Translations under genes and position numbers: made by a program
In this document: piece by piece, positions 1 to 10,975 of the stretch
Position numbering within the stretch: the stretch's first letter is position 1
How the letters are laid out: every line of letters starts with the position of its first letter
Notes under the pieces: generated by a model
The model's database searches: none
Seen by the model: the letters and a program-made list of their open reading frames with translations, nothing else
Told to the model about the DNA's origin: nothing
Source: Trypanosoma brucei
Taxonomy: Eukaryota
Assembly: GCA_000002445.1 (NCBI GenBank)
Contig: CM000207.1
Location: 704,001 to 768,000, forward strand
Reading direction: 5' to 3'
Length of the DNA stretch: 64,000 nt

Positions 1-40
1 GTGAGAAAAAGCGAAGTAGCGGATAGACGCTAAAGAGACA

Positions 41-895
41 ATGTCGGATGTAAAAGGGGCGCTTACACGCCTGGAGCGCCTGCACGAGGCGTGCGGCGGT
101 GCCGGTCTTTCAACCGTGGGAGCGTTACCGGCTGACGGTGGGGCAAATATGAGTGTCAACGAAGTGGGTTCCTACGAGAAAGGCCAATACCATGTCGCCT
201 GCTTGATGAAGAGAGCAAGAGAGAGTATGACTATCCTGGCGGAGACTGGGGAATCCATGGACATAGCGCGGAGAGCCGAGATATCAAATTCGATCCGGCG
301 GGATATGAGTGCTGTTAAGAAAGAGTGCACAGCCTTGAATCGGGTGGCAATGAAGGAGGGGAAGCGTGGTGACTACATGCAACTTCTTTCTTTTGTTAAT
401 AAGACCGAGCAATTTCAACGCCGTCTCCATAATGGCCCAGTGTTGGGCGAGGCTTCAGGAGCAATAGGTGATGGGAGCACACACGTCGGTGGAACTACTC
501 CAGGGGTGCCGGAAGCTAATGCGGTCACTGCCGATTCAGAAAACCGCGAAGTCGGCTCGTTTATTTCGGCCAGTGAAGTTGAAGGGTTTCTCCAGTTTTT
601 TGAGGAAACGAGGAAGCGTGACGCTGAAATAGATCAGGTATTGGAGAGAATCAGCGCCGGCGTTACGCGTTTACAAGAAAACGCGTTGACACTTCGTTCC
701 GAACTGTGTACACAACAGCGTCTTCTCGACGATACGGAAGAAAAGGTCGATGGTATACACGCAAAGTTGGACTCCTTGAATATCAAACTTCGTCGCACAC
801 TAGAGCAGGTGGATAAGGATCGCATGTCCGTGTATATCCTTTGCTGTTTGCTTCTCCTTGGCATCTATGGGGCGATATACAACATGTCTAGGTGA
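41..895 (+). CDS. Qc-SNARE (syntaxin-6/Tlg1-like), tail-anchored
   Basis: 284-aa ORF from an ATG. The C-terminal ~60 aa form a heptad SNARE motif with a central Gln (LERISAGVTRLQENALTLRSELCTQQRLLDDTEEKVDGIHAKLDSLNIKLRR). A single hydrophobic tail follows (VYILCCLLLLGIYGAIY). The pattern resembles the syntaxin-6 SNARE motif. Confidence 0.55.
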   Translation: MSDVKGALTRLERLHEACGGAGLSTVGALPADGGANMSVNEVGSYEKGQYHVACLMKRARESMTILAETGESMDIARRAEISNSIRRDMSAVKKECTALNRVAMKEGKRGDYMQLLSFVNKTEQFQRRLHNGPVLGEASGAIGDGSTHVGGTTPGVPEANAVTADSENREVGSFISASEVEGFLQFFEETRKRDAEIDQVLERISAGVTRLQENALTLRSELCTQQRLLDDTEEKVDGIHAKLDSLNIKLRRTLEQVDKDRMSVYILCCLLLLGIYGAIYNMSR

Positions 896-1962
896 GGCAT
901 TTTATAAATTACCTGCACAACATAATGAAAGGGAGGTGCTTCGATCCTGAAGCTGCAGGGATCCAACAAGGAGAGTATTACCAGTTAGTTAAATTTGCGC
1001 TGAAGTTATGGGGAGCTAACAGGGAGGGGGCATTCATGCTCTTTCTTCAAACTTACCCATTTCCATCCATCTCTTTGCTCTTTTGCATACTTTCTACTGC
1101 GTGTCTGCCCGTGTTTGTTAGGTTGGGCACAAACTTCACTTTGCTTTTGATACTATGTGATGGGGGTTTGTTGTTGCGCCCTCCAGGGGCGTCGGATGAA
1201 ATCCGTGAGGTATGATCCTCGGTTTGTGTCTTTATTTTTCATCCCCGTTCCTTTAACTTTTAGTAGCAGCTTTGCCCCTCTGCGGTGGCGTCTACCGACT
1301 TCTGGTCACAGGTTGCGGACACACACACACAAAAAAAAACTGTAGTGCCATCAAAGGGAGGAAGTGAAGGATTGCATCCCTCGGTTCCAACACGACGAAT
1401 GCAACGCCGAGTGCAGCTGCGTATCTCTCTTACTGCAGCCTCTAGTTTTTTCTTCTGGCAGCATCGCTCCTATTATGACAAAGTGCGCAGGGAGCGTGAG
1501 AAAAGCGATGACACTCCCTGTGCAATGTTTGACGAGTTTCCCAAGAATCCTCATGCGAGTAGTGTCCCCAACCAATTTCGTACACCGAATGCGGATGCCG
1601 TGAAAGATGCTGAATTGTTACAGCGCGGGTTCCTTTTGTCACTTGTAGTCATGCTGTTTGCACTTTTTTACAGTGGATTCTTGGATCCCTTCAATGAGGG
1701 GTATCGGCGCCCAGACGGATATGGTATGCCGGCTGTGGAGAAGAGCGTATGATATCTGTGAATGGGGGTGGTGGAAGGTGCGTGTGGTCTGTTGGTGGCA
1801 TCGGTAATACACACCAAGAAGGAAATGCACTTTCTATGTTGGTCCAAATATCTGCATACCGGTAAACGTCGTTAGGCAGTTATTGGAGGCGGTTACCTCA
1901 CTGCTTTTTTCTTCCAACCTCTTACTTACAGCCCCGTTGGGAAAGAATTACGTAGATTAAGC

Positions 1963-2493
1963 ATGGCCAAGGATACGGCGAAGAAGAACATGCGTGGGAA
2001 TGCTGTCCGCATGCAGGTGTTTTCTCTGATAACACTCACTGTTAACGTGATCTGCTTTCTCGTATCCTTTTGGCGCCAAAGTTCTTTCCCAGGTTTTGGT
2101 AGCTTGGCCGCGCTAGCATTTTGGGCGGGGCAGGAGTACGCGTCGCTCGCGCTCTTGAAGCATTTCGCAAGACCCGTGTTCAACGCGGAGGGTGAGTTAT
2201 TGGATTGCCCGGACGCTTCAGATCCAAAGGAGCTGGGATATTATTCCCTTGCGCAGGACGTCCTTTGGGTGTGCTGGGTGGTTCAGGTACTGTGTTTTCT
2301 GTTTCATTGGGGGTTCATGGTGCTGTATCTTCCTGTCCCTGTCATGGGTCTCTACAAGCTGTGGGGAATCATAGGGCCCTTGCTCACGCCCGCTCAGCCT
2401 GCGGCTGGTGAGGGGTGTGGATTTGCCCCCGGGGGGTTGAGCCGAGCGGAGCGGAGAAAGATGGAATTGCAACAGCGCAAGAAGAGAGTGTAA
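1963..2493 (+). CDS. TMEM208 / SND2-like ER membrane protein
   Basis: 176-aa ORF with three predicted TM helices and a basic C-terminus (ERRKMELQQRKKRV). The length, topology and C-terminal RRQERRQ-like tail match the TMEM208 family as I recall it. Confidence 0.55.
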   Translation: MAKDTAKKNMRGNAVRMQVFSLITLTVNVICFLVSFWRQSSFPGFGSLAALAFWAGQEYASLALLKHFARPVFNAEGELLDCPDASDPKELGYYSLAQDVLWVCWVVQVLCFLFHWGFMVLYLPVPVMGLYKLWGIIGPLLTPAQPAAGEGCGFAPGGLSRAERRKMELQQRKKRV

Positions 2494-3234
2494 GAACAAA
2501 AGCGATTTCGGTTGCGGGGGTCAGGGACCGGGGCGAGTGTGGGGGGAGGTGGAGGATAAAAGATGAAAGACTCCAGTGTACGGCTAGTGGGTCGGTTCGT
2601 CTCTTTGCACTGTCTGTTTCCTACTGTACACCACGGAGTCATCCGTGGGAGTCTGAAAAATGTAGAGTAGTGGCATTGTAGTGCGGTGGAGCCGGGGGAT
2701 GGAGACCCACAGCAGGCACTTTCGGTCTTCTTGGTTGATTAACCGCTGTCGCAGAAGGGAGTTATCTTACCCTTACTACCTCTAGTTTATTGTCATTCAC
2801 GCGTTCGCCTCGCAGTCACGCTCTTCTTCGAGGCTGTGGTAGACGTGGATGAGTGTCTTGCTATTCCCTTGTTCAAACTGAGGCATTTTTTTTTTTGCAC
2901 TATGGGGTATTTTCTGCCCTCCAGCTCTTTCTTGTTTCGGTCCTTCGTCCAAATACATGTTTCTTGTAATGGCATAGGGGGAGGTTCGGTGGACAAGAGC
3001 TGAGCAAGTGCGTGTGCTATGAGGTGCTACACCGCATTCTAATTGCTTTTAGGTAATGTACGTCATAATAATAAGCAGAGAGTAAGTGCAGGAGATACTT
3101 CCGAGTAAGGTTATGCAGATACACTTTGCACTTCCTGTCACTTTACCCTTAATTATTCTTCGGGTGTTTCTCACCCTTCTATCTGTACTTTCTGCGTCCA
3201 TTCTCACCCTCTTGCGTAGTATATCCGCGTGTAA

Positions 3235-5433
3235 ATGGGAGGGACGTCTACGAAGGAGTCACTTTTGTACTTCATGGATGTGGCGCGTGGTGTTTCCCCT
3301 CCGGATGAGAAGGACTTTTCCAGCCACTTGGGACGCTGTAGGAAGGAGCTCTGTTCGGGTGCTGAACTCTACAGGACGTTATTACCAATTATGCAGACCT
3401 TAATGCCTGCCAATGCCCAAGCATCTCAGGTTCAGTGGGTTGTGAGGTTCTGCTTAAAACAAGTTGAACATGCTTCCTGTAACTACAGTCAAGGCGTTAG
3501 TGACATCTTTCTTACCACAGTACGTGCTGTGCAGTTTGTGGTGCGTCACGCATGCGAAACTTCCCGTGGGGATGCCTCCCGCTTGCTGTGGACAATCGGT
3601 GAAGATCTAGGGGAGAGTGTACATGGTGCCTTGCGGGTCAGCACCACTGGTGATAGTGACACTGTATTCATGAATAGGTGGCTGTCCACCGGTATAGGTA
3701 AGCTGTGTATTGCGCTGGAAAAGTTTATTGTTTTTGTGCCTTTGACGGTGTCGACAGTGGAGGCACATGGTGAGGTCGTAAGCCTTCTTCTTTGCATGTG
3801 CTCTACTGCACTTTATCATTCGACTGCGTGCGACACGAACTTTACAGACCCCTTTACAAGACTTATTTTGGCGTCAGGCGACCTACATGCGCTTGTGCTG
3901 GTGCTGCTGCAACGACTTATGGACTGGGGTGAAGGTCGGCTCCCAAAGACACCAGTGTTATACCGCTGTGCCCAGTATTCGTCGTTGTGGACGCTTTACA
4001 ATATGTTCGCTGGTGGGACTGAAAATGAATCTATCACCTGCGGGAATCACCTTGGGCGGCACTGCGCACAGCTGTTGTCCGTTCTTGTATCGTATGGGAA
4101 AGGCTACAGACCGAATGAGGCACTACATTACATCGCAAGCTTAGGGGACTCCTCCCAGATTCAGGTCAAGGCCCTGTTAGTAACGTTTAACCGTCACGTA
4201 TTGCGATGCCCTGCCCTTTGCATTTTGCTGTACACCCTACTTCACGATAATCCGACATTTATCCACACCGTCATGACTGCCTACCCTGATGAATTTTTGG
4301 GGGTTATTCAGGGAGTGCTTCGTCTGAGCTATACGGCGTCATCAGAGGCTTGGGCTTCCGGTTTTAATTCAAGTGATGATGATATAGATGGTGGCCAATG
4401 CGCCATTCCTATCGTTGAAGATGCGATTACACCTGAAGCTGTTGCCAGTATTGTGCGTAGGATGACAGCATTTTCTTACCCGTTTATCAGCTTCATGACG
4501 GGAACATTGGTGCTCGTGTGTTCGCAAGATCAAGTAATTAACAAGCGTATGAGTAATACCATAGCTGAGACCACATTCAAGGTTGGCCGTCTGGTAGGTA
4601 GGTGCCCGGTGATTGCCGTTTGCATTGTGATCATCGTACACAGCATTGCCAGAGCGCTAAACGACGGAAACGAAGCACTGGCGGCTGTTTTTATTCCATG
4701 TCTAGCGAACTTTGCCCCATTCGTTCATGATATTGACGTGTACACTTCTCAGCGTTTGGTCGGGTTGCTTTTGTTAACGTTGCGGAAGGTACAGCGGACT
4801 GCGGAACATGCGCGCTCCGGGGCAGGAGATTGTTTGGGCACGTTAGAAGGTACAACTCCGGCTGGGGGTTGCAGTAGCGCTGATACATCAATTCAAATGT
4901 TTCTTCGTCAACTTCTTGCATTAACGGAGGCGGTTGGAGGGCTGTTGCAAGGTGATTGCCGAAACAATTATTCCTTCATATACGAACTGGTCTACCAACG
5001 CTCTCACTTGGAGGAAGGGGCGAAATTGCTGAGCACAGTTAGTTGTCATAGCTCTGAAGCCCAAACGGCTCTCCAGTCACTTCTTAGCGTTGCGAAATTC
5101 TACGATGAAGAAATAGCAAACTCTACCGCGACCGACTCGTACGGCGGCGCATTGGCCGTCATTCGGCAGGTGTCCCAAAACAAAGTTGTACCGACGGGGC
5201 CCTCGTCGCGGTTATCCGTGCGAACGGGAACATATGCGGCAACCGCAAGCGCAGATGTTGAATACTGCACCTCCCTGGAGATGGGCGAAATTCCTTTTCT
5301 GTATGAAGAGTCGACGTGCAGCTATGATTTCTTTGGGCCCTTCCTGTGGTCCACACTGTTGAGTGATGCTGCGTATCCAGGAGGCATATTGTGGGCGACG
5401 GATCTGTCTACGTTGGGGATATTCCCTCACTAA
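3235..5433 (+). CDS. hypothetical protein (732 aa); N-terminus MGGTSTK fits the N-myristoylation consensus MGxxxS/T
   Basis: Long uninterrupted ORF on the + strand starting at an ATG. No recognisable catalytic motif. Codon composition is similar to neighbouring genes. Confidence 0.45.
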   Translation: MGGTSTKESLLYFMDVARGVSPPDEKDFSSHLGRCRKELCSGAELYRTLLPIMQTLMPANAQASQVQWVVRFCLKQVEHASCNYSQGVSDIFLTTVRAVQFVVRHACETSRGDASRLLWTIGEDLGESVHGALRVSTTGDSDTVFMNRWLSTGIGKLCIALEKFIVFVPLTVSTVEAHGEVVSLLLCMCSTALYHSTACDTNFTDPFTRLILASGDLHALVLVLLQRLMDWGEGRLPKTPVLYRCAQYSSLWTLYNMFAGGTENESITCGNHLGRHCAQLLSVLVSYGKGYRPNEALHYIASLGDSSQIQVKALLVTFNRHVLRCPALCILLYTLLHDNPTFIHTVMTAYPDEFLGVIQGVLRLSYTASSEAWASGFNSSDDDIDGGQCAIPIVEDAITPEAVASIVRRMTAFSYPFISFMTGTLVLVCSQDQVINKRMSNTIAETTFKVGRLVGRCPVIAVCIVIIVHSIARALNDGNEALAAVFIPCLANFAPFVHDIDVYTSQRLVGLLLLTLRKVQRTAEHARSGAGDCLGTLEGTTPAGGCSSADTSIQMFLRQLLALTEAVGGLLQGDCRNNYSFIYELVYQRSHLEEGAKLLSTVSCHSSEAQTALQSLLSVAKFYDEEIANSTATDSYGGALAVIRQVSQNKVVPTGPSSRLSVRTGTYAATASADVEYCTSLEMGEIPFLYEESTCSYDFFGPFLWSTLLSDAAYPGGILWATDLSTLGIFPH

Positions 5434-6025
5434 ACTACCCGCGCGGAGCGATCGGAACATTCACCTCTGGTCTTCCCTCCGCCTTGTCCACATATCTTGT
5501 CTGTGTTACTGCTGGTCCCAGTCCTGGTTTTGCATTTGTGAGGTGTACAGGTGTGTGTAAAGTAGGTTGGAATTTACGGACGGGGCTCCAAAAGGTAAAT
5601 TGGAAGGTGGTGCCACGTTAGGGGTTTGTTGGAGTGGTGGGCAGGGCGCACGGACTTTCCTTCTTGCCCCCATTTCGACATCATCGTGTTGTTGATTTGA
5701 AGTCACTGCTTGAGGTGCCGGCAAAAAGAACCTTCAAGGGAGCTTGGGTTTACAGGCAGTTAGGCCAGTACCGCGTCTGAGCAGTGTCTTAAAGTGGTGA
5801 CTGTCTTGGATGTGGAATCAGGTTTGGTACTTGATAATTTAAAAAAAAAGGTCTTGTCGCTGTTGGCTTATTCCCCTGCATTGCGATGATTCATCCCAGT
5901 CGTGTTGATCATGAAGGGATGAGGTACGCGAAAGAGGGAGGTGATCAATCTCATCAACACAAATTCTGGTCATTTTTTTAAAAAAAAGATATTTATATCG
6001 GATAACAAAGGTAATTATTAGAAAA

Positions 6026-8140
6026 ATGAAAAAGAGGAGGCCAATACCCAATCCTACAAAGATCAGTTCCTACTTTTTCCAGCAGCTGGTAAGCCCAGGT
6101 GCAACAACTCCGGATGATAGGAAGGAGCGTGCCCAGTCCGAGCAAACGAAGCGGGCTGCCGCGTCGGTGCTAAGTGAGTCGTTTACACCAGAGGGCGTCG
6201 CTGCTTTCCTTCAGAGTAGGTCAGAAATTGAGCGACAGCACAGTGAAGCGCTAGAGGATGTGCTTGATGCTTGTTGGAAGCGTGTTGAGGACATAATCGA
6301 GCGAAATAAGGAGCGCCGTCGGGTTATAGAGGAGGACATTCCCCAAGTTGTTGCTCCCACAGGCACGTTCACCTTTTGGACACCCGAGGGCGTTGAACAA
6401 TACTACAGCCTGAAAACTTTGCCCGTTTTTGCCAGTGATGAGGAAGGCGTCAGAAGCGACAGCAATGGCTTCGGTACCGACAATAGCAACGCAATGAAAA
6501 GTGATAGAAATGGCCCTGCTGCCGCTGACCATGCAGTAATTTCGCCTCAGGGTCGCTCAGCGGAGGACAAAGTTGACGGAAACGCAGCGGCAGAGGGGGA
6601 CGGGAGGACTGATCCGGTTGCTGAATTTTCATCCCAAAGGGCATGTGGCAGGGCGCCCATTGTGTCGGGAGCCCACCATACGAAGGGGCGGAAATTGACG
6701 GACAAAGAACTTCTTGATGAATCGAAGGTCCCCCATTGTCTGCGTCGGTTGTTCGCCTCACTTCTTAGGCGTCGCAACGAATTTCCCAAATCAACAACAC
6801 TTCTATTTGATGCAATCCAGCGAACGCAGTCGGAGAGATTTCCTGAAATTGAAGCGGTGATCGAAGATGTACCCTTTTCAATGCCTCTTCATCGACCATT
6901 TAGATGCATCGCTGCCTTCGTGGCCCGGTCTTTCGCAGAGAACCCCAAGGGTGAAGCACCTGAGCAGGCATTTGCTGCGACTTTCAAAACGGTGAGCAAA
7001 GATTTGAAGACGGCATACGAGAAACTGCATGAACTAAAGGGTTATGTGCACCCTGTGGGTGAACGAACAGATCGGGCGGAAGTCATCTACAAAACCCTTT
7101 TGGGTGAGTTGCAGGGTCGGAAGAGTCTTCATGAAACCTACGGTATTGATATAGAAGCCATAATGAAAGCATCGGCAGTGGAGCTGAGCGTGATGGAGGG
7201 GGCTCTTAAAGAGTGTAATGAAACATCCCGGAGGTTGCTTGCCACCATTGAGGATCAGACCGCACAGTTCATAGCTGACGTGCACACCAGCCTTGATCGA
7301 CGAGAGGAGGCTATAGAGGAAATTGCCTCGTTCTACAAGCGGGATCGTGATCGCCTGCAGTCGTCATTGCAGAGGAAGATTTATCGTGCGAAGAAGAGTG
7401 AGGAACTTCAAGAAAAGTGCGCTCGACGTATTCGGGAGGTTACGAAGGAGCTTTACATTGAGCAGGTCAATTACGAGGAGCTGCTGCAGGAAATATTGGC
7501 AGAGAGTTTGCTGCTACAGCAGCTGGACAGCAGCTACACGCAGTTGTCAAGTTCGCTTAATAACGCAGCTTCCGTTCATCAGGAATCAAAGATAAGCTCT
7601 ATTAGGGAGGCGCTTCAGCGGTCGGAAGATGTTCGTGTGCATCTCATTGAACAATGTCAGTTCCACATAAACCGACTTAAAAAGGACGAGCACTATCGGC
7701 TCTGCCGCTTAGCCACAAACGCCAAGGATAATGCATTGTGCTGGTCTCGCTGCCTGAACGACCTTTCAACAATATATGAGACTCACTTTAACTCCCTAAA
7801 TGAGAAGTGCAGGGTCTCCACGCAAATGCGTTACCTTCTTTCGTACGAGAAAGATTGCGTTTCTCGTGACCTGAACCAAGTTCAAAAGGAAATGGAACAG
7901 TTAGATAGCAAATGGCACGAAATTTCCACTCTCCTGGAGGAACTCGGTGAACCAGTTCCACCACTTTCATTACTTGAAAAGGACCCCTCGTGTGGAGAGC
8001 TCCGCCACGCTTTGACCGCACTGGCATTAACTCGCCTTGTGCATGGAGAGTCTTCCCACCTTGTGCGCCCCGAACAGTGGAGAGAGCGAACTGTTGTGGC
8101 CACCGGTGACGGCAGTGCGACTGCGAATGATATGTCGTAG
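6026..8140 (+). CDS. hypothetical protein (704 aa), predicted coiled-coil rich
   Basis: Long ORF starting at an ATG. The middle part is heptad-like and rich in E/K/R/L/Q. No enzymatic motif was recognised. Confidence 0.5.
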   Translation: MKKRRPIPNPTKISSYFFQQLVSPGATTPDDRKERAQSEQTKRAAASVLSESFTPEGVAAFLQSRSEIERQHSEALEDVLDACWKRVEDIIERNKERRRVIEEDIPQVVAPTGTFTFWTPEGVEQYYSLKTLPVFASDEEGVRSDSNGFGTDNSNAMKSDRNGPAAADHAVISPQGRSAEDKVDGNAAAEGDGRTDPVAEFSSQRACGRAPIVSGAHHTKGRKLTDKELLDESKVPHCLRRLFASLLRRRNEFPKSTTLLFDAIQRTQSERFPEIEAVIEDVPFSMPLHRPFRCIAAFVARSFAENPKGEAPEQAFAATFKTVSKDLKTAYEKLHELKGYVHPVGERTDRAEVIYKTLLGELQGRKSLHETYGIDIEAIMKASAVELSVMEGALKECNETSRRLLATIEDQTAQFIADVHTSLDRREEAIEEIASFYKRDRDRLQSSLQRKIYRAKKSEELQEKCARRIREVTKELYIEQVNYEELLQEILAESLLLQQLDSSYTQLSSSLNNAASVHQESKISSIREALQRSEDVRVHLIEQCQFHINRLKKDEHYRLCRLATNAKDNALCWSRCLNDLSTIYETHFNSLNEKCRVSTQMRYLLSYEKDCVSRDLNQVQKEMEQLDSKWHEISTLLEELGEPVPPLSLLEKDPSCGELRHALTALALTRLVHGESSHLVRPEQWRERTVVATGDGSATANDMS

Positions 8141-8596
8141 ATCACTCATTTTGTTTGCTCACCCCCCTTTCCTTCACGTTTCCCCTGTTTCAGCTGTACA
8201 TCATATGTAAGCATTAGAGCATTATGGGATGCAGAGTGAGAAATTGGCAAAGGCTGCACAGCGGATGGATGTGTAAGTCAATGAACTTTCTCATGTTGCT
8301 TTTCTCGCTCACATCAACGCGTCGTTTCCCTCCTCCCTATCACAAATGTTTACTAATGGGATCACGTTGACGTTGGTTAACTGATGTCGCGCATTCATCG
8401 AAGCACTTCTCAATGGTGCACCATTCAACAAATGCTTTTGCTGTCGTGTTTGCTATTTTTGCTTGAGCCTTCTTGTTCCTTTCGTTAATCTCACTCTGTA
8501 AAACCCTTAAGTTGGACTCACGTTAAACAGGCAGTGATCTGAGCTATTGCTCCACGTAAGGGGAGAAGAATAAATCCCCCTTTTCACGCTGAATAC

Positions 8597-9553
8597 ATGG
8601 CTCCAGTAGTGTGGCCGTGCGCCCTTAACCCATCAAATCACATACTGGTGCAAGAGTTGCTGCTACACGCGTCATTAGGTCGTCACCGCCATTCCCTGAG
8701 GGACAGAAAGGACTTTTTTCACCTTGCTAGGCACATTTCCTGCCTCAAAGAACCTTGCAAATACCTCGTTTCTGCGCCACCAACCTCTCGTGGACCACTG
8801 TGGGCTCCTTGGCGAAGCACAGTCCCCCGGCAAATAGTTTTCAATCGTATACTCCGTCAGTGCACCGATACTTATACGCAATCATCCCATAAAGAAGACA
8901 AAGAAGACGAGGAGGGGAGACGCGTACCAGTGTTTTATGATGATGCCATTGCTCATTTGAACAGAATAGCAGAAGAACTGGGGCCACACGGATACAAAGT
9001 AACTCTGGTCGGAGCACTGCGACGCGGGTGCCCCGTTGCTTCCCGAGCTGAGTTCCTTTTGACGTACGATGATGACGATAGAATCAGGAAACATCGTGAC
9101 AACGACACCACTGTGTCCCACAGTGTTCATTTTGAGCGAGCGATACAGGGACTAAGGGCTTCCGGATACATCAAGCATCATAGGACAAAAAGAAAGATTG
9201 ATATTCACACAAAACAGTACATAACACTTGCTTCTAGGTCCCATTCACATCCAGAAACCCTCTCCACATCACGAGAGGAAAGACAGGTTTTGTCTATTAC
9301 CTGGTCAAAACCACAACAGTTTCACACGCGGCAGCTGTTCCTCACGGGCCCGAACCCATTCGTGGTGCACCTTGTGCTGCTGGCCCATGCGAAGGGCCTG
9401 GGACTGGATCCTTGCGGGTTGTACAAATCCCAATTAGGGTTTCGGGAGTCTGTGGCACTTGAATGTGAAAGGGACATCTTCGCTGCGTTGCAGTTGCCGT
9501 ACGTTGAGCCCATTCACCGCCATGCATACTGCCGCGTTCACAACCTGTTTTGA
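8597..9553 (+). CDS. Pol X family (DNA polymerase beta-like) nucleotidyltransferase-fold protein, possibly non-canonical
   Basis: The C-terminal half aligns by eye to Pol beta palm and thumb. GALRRG(x5)AEFLLTYDDDD corresponds to GSFRRG(x5)DMDVLLTHP. KRKIDIHTKQY corresponds to RRIDIRLIPKDQY. FLTGPNPFVVHLVLLAHAKGLGL corresponds to [21 protein letters not shown]. The C-terminal ERDIFAALQLPYVEPIHRHA corresponds to the Pol X tail E(x)DIF..LGL.Y.EP..R. The two positions aligned to catalytic Asp190/Asp192 read R and E here. Confidence 0.45.
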   Translation: MAPVVWPCALNPSNHILVQELLLHASLGRHRHSLRDRKDFFHLARHISCLKEPCKYLVSAPPTSRGPLWAPWRSTVPRQIVFNRILRQCTDTYTQSSHKEDKEDEEGRRVPVFYDDAIAHLNRIAEELGPHGYKVTLVGALRRGCPVASRAEFLLTYDDDDRIRKHRDNDTTVSHSVHFERAIQGLRASGYIKHHRTKRKIDIHTKQYITLASRSHSHPETLSTSREERQVLSITWSKPQQFHTRQLFLTGPNPFVVHLVLLAHAKGLGLDPCGLYKSQLGFRESVALECERDIFAALQLPYVEPIHRHAYCRVHNLF

Positions 9554-9728
9554 GAGCGCCCGCGCCTTCCTTTTATTTGTTCTCCATGGGATATTGCTGT
9601 TCTTTAACTTCCTAACTGTATGGTTTTCTGTCGCATGTGTCGTCACAGACGCGCATCACTTTTTATACGACTAGATATGCCGCGTTACAGAGACCTATCG
9701 ATTGCCTGATTAAGTACTCTTGCAGGTG

Positions 9729-9793
9729 TTGCTTTGTCTTCTCCGCACTATTACTCATTCCCTTTTTCTTTACTGATTTTTTCTGGTATGAAG
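9729..9793 (+). promoter_or_regulatory. polypyrimidine tract plus AG (putative trans-splice acceptor region for RPS7)
   Basis: ttgctttgtcttctccgcactattactcattccctttttctttactgattttttctggtatgaAG lies immediately upstream of the RPS7 ATG. The same tract precedes the BRAP2-like gene at 22716 to 22750. Confidence 0.4.
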
Positions 9794-9815
9794 GCACTTC
9801 TATACACTAAGGGTG

Positions 9816-10424
9816 ATGTCCGCACAACCGCACCTCCGCAAGCTGCGTAAGCTCAAGCGCGCCAACCCGTCTCAGGAGGAGGAGGGCGTCGCGAGGGTGC
9901 TCTTTGAATTGGAAGGCTCCCACAAGACTCTCCGCGCGCAGTTGCCCCGCTTCCATATAAACACTGTTCGCACGTCGTCGAGTCCCCGTCACAAGAAGAC
10001 AGCTATGATCATTTTGTACCCGTTGCGTTTTATCATGCTTGTACGCAAGATTCAGCGAACGCTTACGGCAGAGCTCGAGAAGCGCTTCCCCGGAAACATT
10101 GTTGTGCTTGTTGCGCAGCGCAAGATAACGAAGCGACCGAATGATGTGTACAAGCTTCAGCAGGTGCAACGTTCCCGTACGAGCGTAGCGGTGTTTGAGA
10201 ATATCTTGAATGATCTTATATATCCGTGTGACGTGGTGGGCCGCCGTTGGCGTTACCGTACGGATGGGAGTAAGCTGATGAAAGTGTTCTTGGACGCCCG
10301 TGACCGCAAGAGGGTGGAGTCGAGACTTCCCCTTCTTGCCCACGTCTACAAGTTGTTGACGCACCGAACTGTCACCTTCGGGTTCATGTGGAACCCTAAG
10401 TTGCAGCAAGTGTCCTCCCGGTAG
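9816..10424 (+). CDS. RPS7: 40S ribosomal protein S7 (eS7), copy 1
   Basis: MSAQPHLRKLRKLKR..IVVLVAQRKI..RTLTAELEKRF..RSRTSVAVFENILNDLIYPCDVVGRRWRYRTDGSKLMKVFLDARDRK..VYKLLTHRTVTFGF aligns along its length with eukaryotic RPS7 (human ...[46 protein letters not shown]...). The track ORF starts at GTG 9813; the first ATG is at 9816. Confidence 0.85.
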   Translation: MSAQPHLRKLRKLKRANPSQEEEGVARVLFELEGSHKTLRAQLPRFHINTVRTSSSPRHKKTAMIILYPLRFIMLVRKIQRTLTAELEKRFPGNIVVLVAQRKITKRPNDVYKLQQVQRSRTSVAVFENILNDLIYPCDVVGRRWRYRTDGSKLMKVFLDARDRKRVESRLPLLAHVYKLLTHRTVTFGFMWNPKLQQVSSR

Positions 10425-10975
10425 ATGAGTTTCGCCCAGCTACTTTGAAGGTGCCATTATCAGTTTTTTGTTTTGATTTATTTTCACTACGCTGCCATCC
10501 TCGGTTGTGTAGTGCTAGAAAATGAAATGACACATGTCAGTACTGAAACTAGTGTAAGTTACAACCTCGAAGCTGCCTGTGTTTCCATGTTAGTCACCCC
10601 TTTGACATTTTCTTACCTTTTTGCTCATTAGTATTTTATGCTGGTGATAGACGCCCACTTTGGTGGTTCCTATGTGATGCAGCGAGTGAGATGAGGTGGC
10701 ATGCTATACTTCACTTCCGTGAGCTGCGTCACCACAGGTTCACCAACCCCTTCTCCACTGCGTGAGGATCGCGTGGTAAAAGCGTTTTCCGTGTTGGTGT
10801 CTTGTAGTAGAGTCATCCGAATGTGCCTCTCGCGGATAATGTGATTTATGTTTCCCACTGTTGCAGGCGGCTGCGAGTAGTCGGGTGCATCACAGATCAG
10901 CTTAGATTTCGCACAAGATCTGAGGCCCCGGAAGGTGTTTTCAAGCCTCTTCCTTATCGTCTTGGCGCTACGTTG

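Noticed and set aside
1285-1752. 155-aa ORF between the SNARE and TMEM208 genes
   Set aside because: No motif. It overlaps several other small ORFs on both strands and is preceded by a (CA)n/poly-A stretch, so it is likely intergenic or UTR. It could be a small real gene but nothing supports it.
3086-3403. 105-aa ORF overlapping the start of the 732-aa gene
   Set aside because: It is in a different frame and hydrophobic low-complexity. It probably lies in the 5' UTR and pyrimidine-tract region of the downstream gene.
9807-10409. 200-aa minus-strand ORF exactly antisense to RPS7 (and its copy at 16294 to 16896)
   Set aside because: It is a mirror ORF of a highly expressed, well-conserved + strand gene, with no motif of its own. 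The same applies to 22848 to 23771 (antisense to the BRAP2-like gene), 12042 to 12749 and 12161 to 12565 (antisense to the 361-aa gene), and 43392 to 43820 and 46891 to 47319 (antisense to ACS3 and ACS4).
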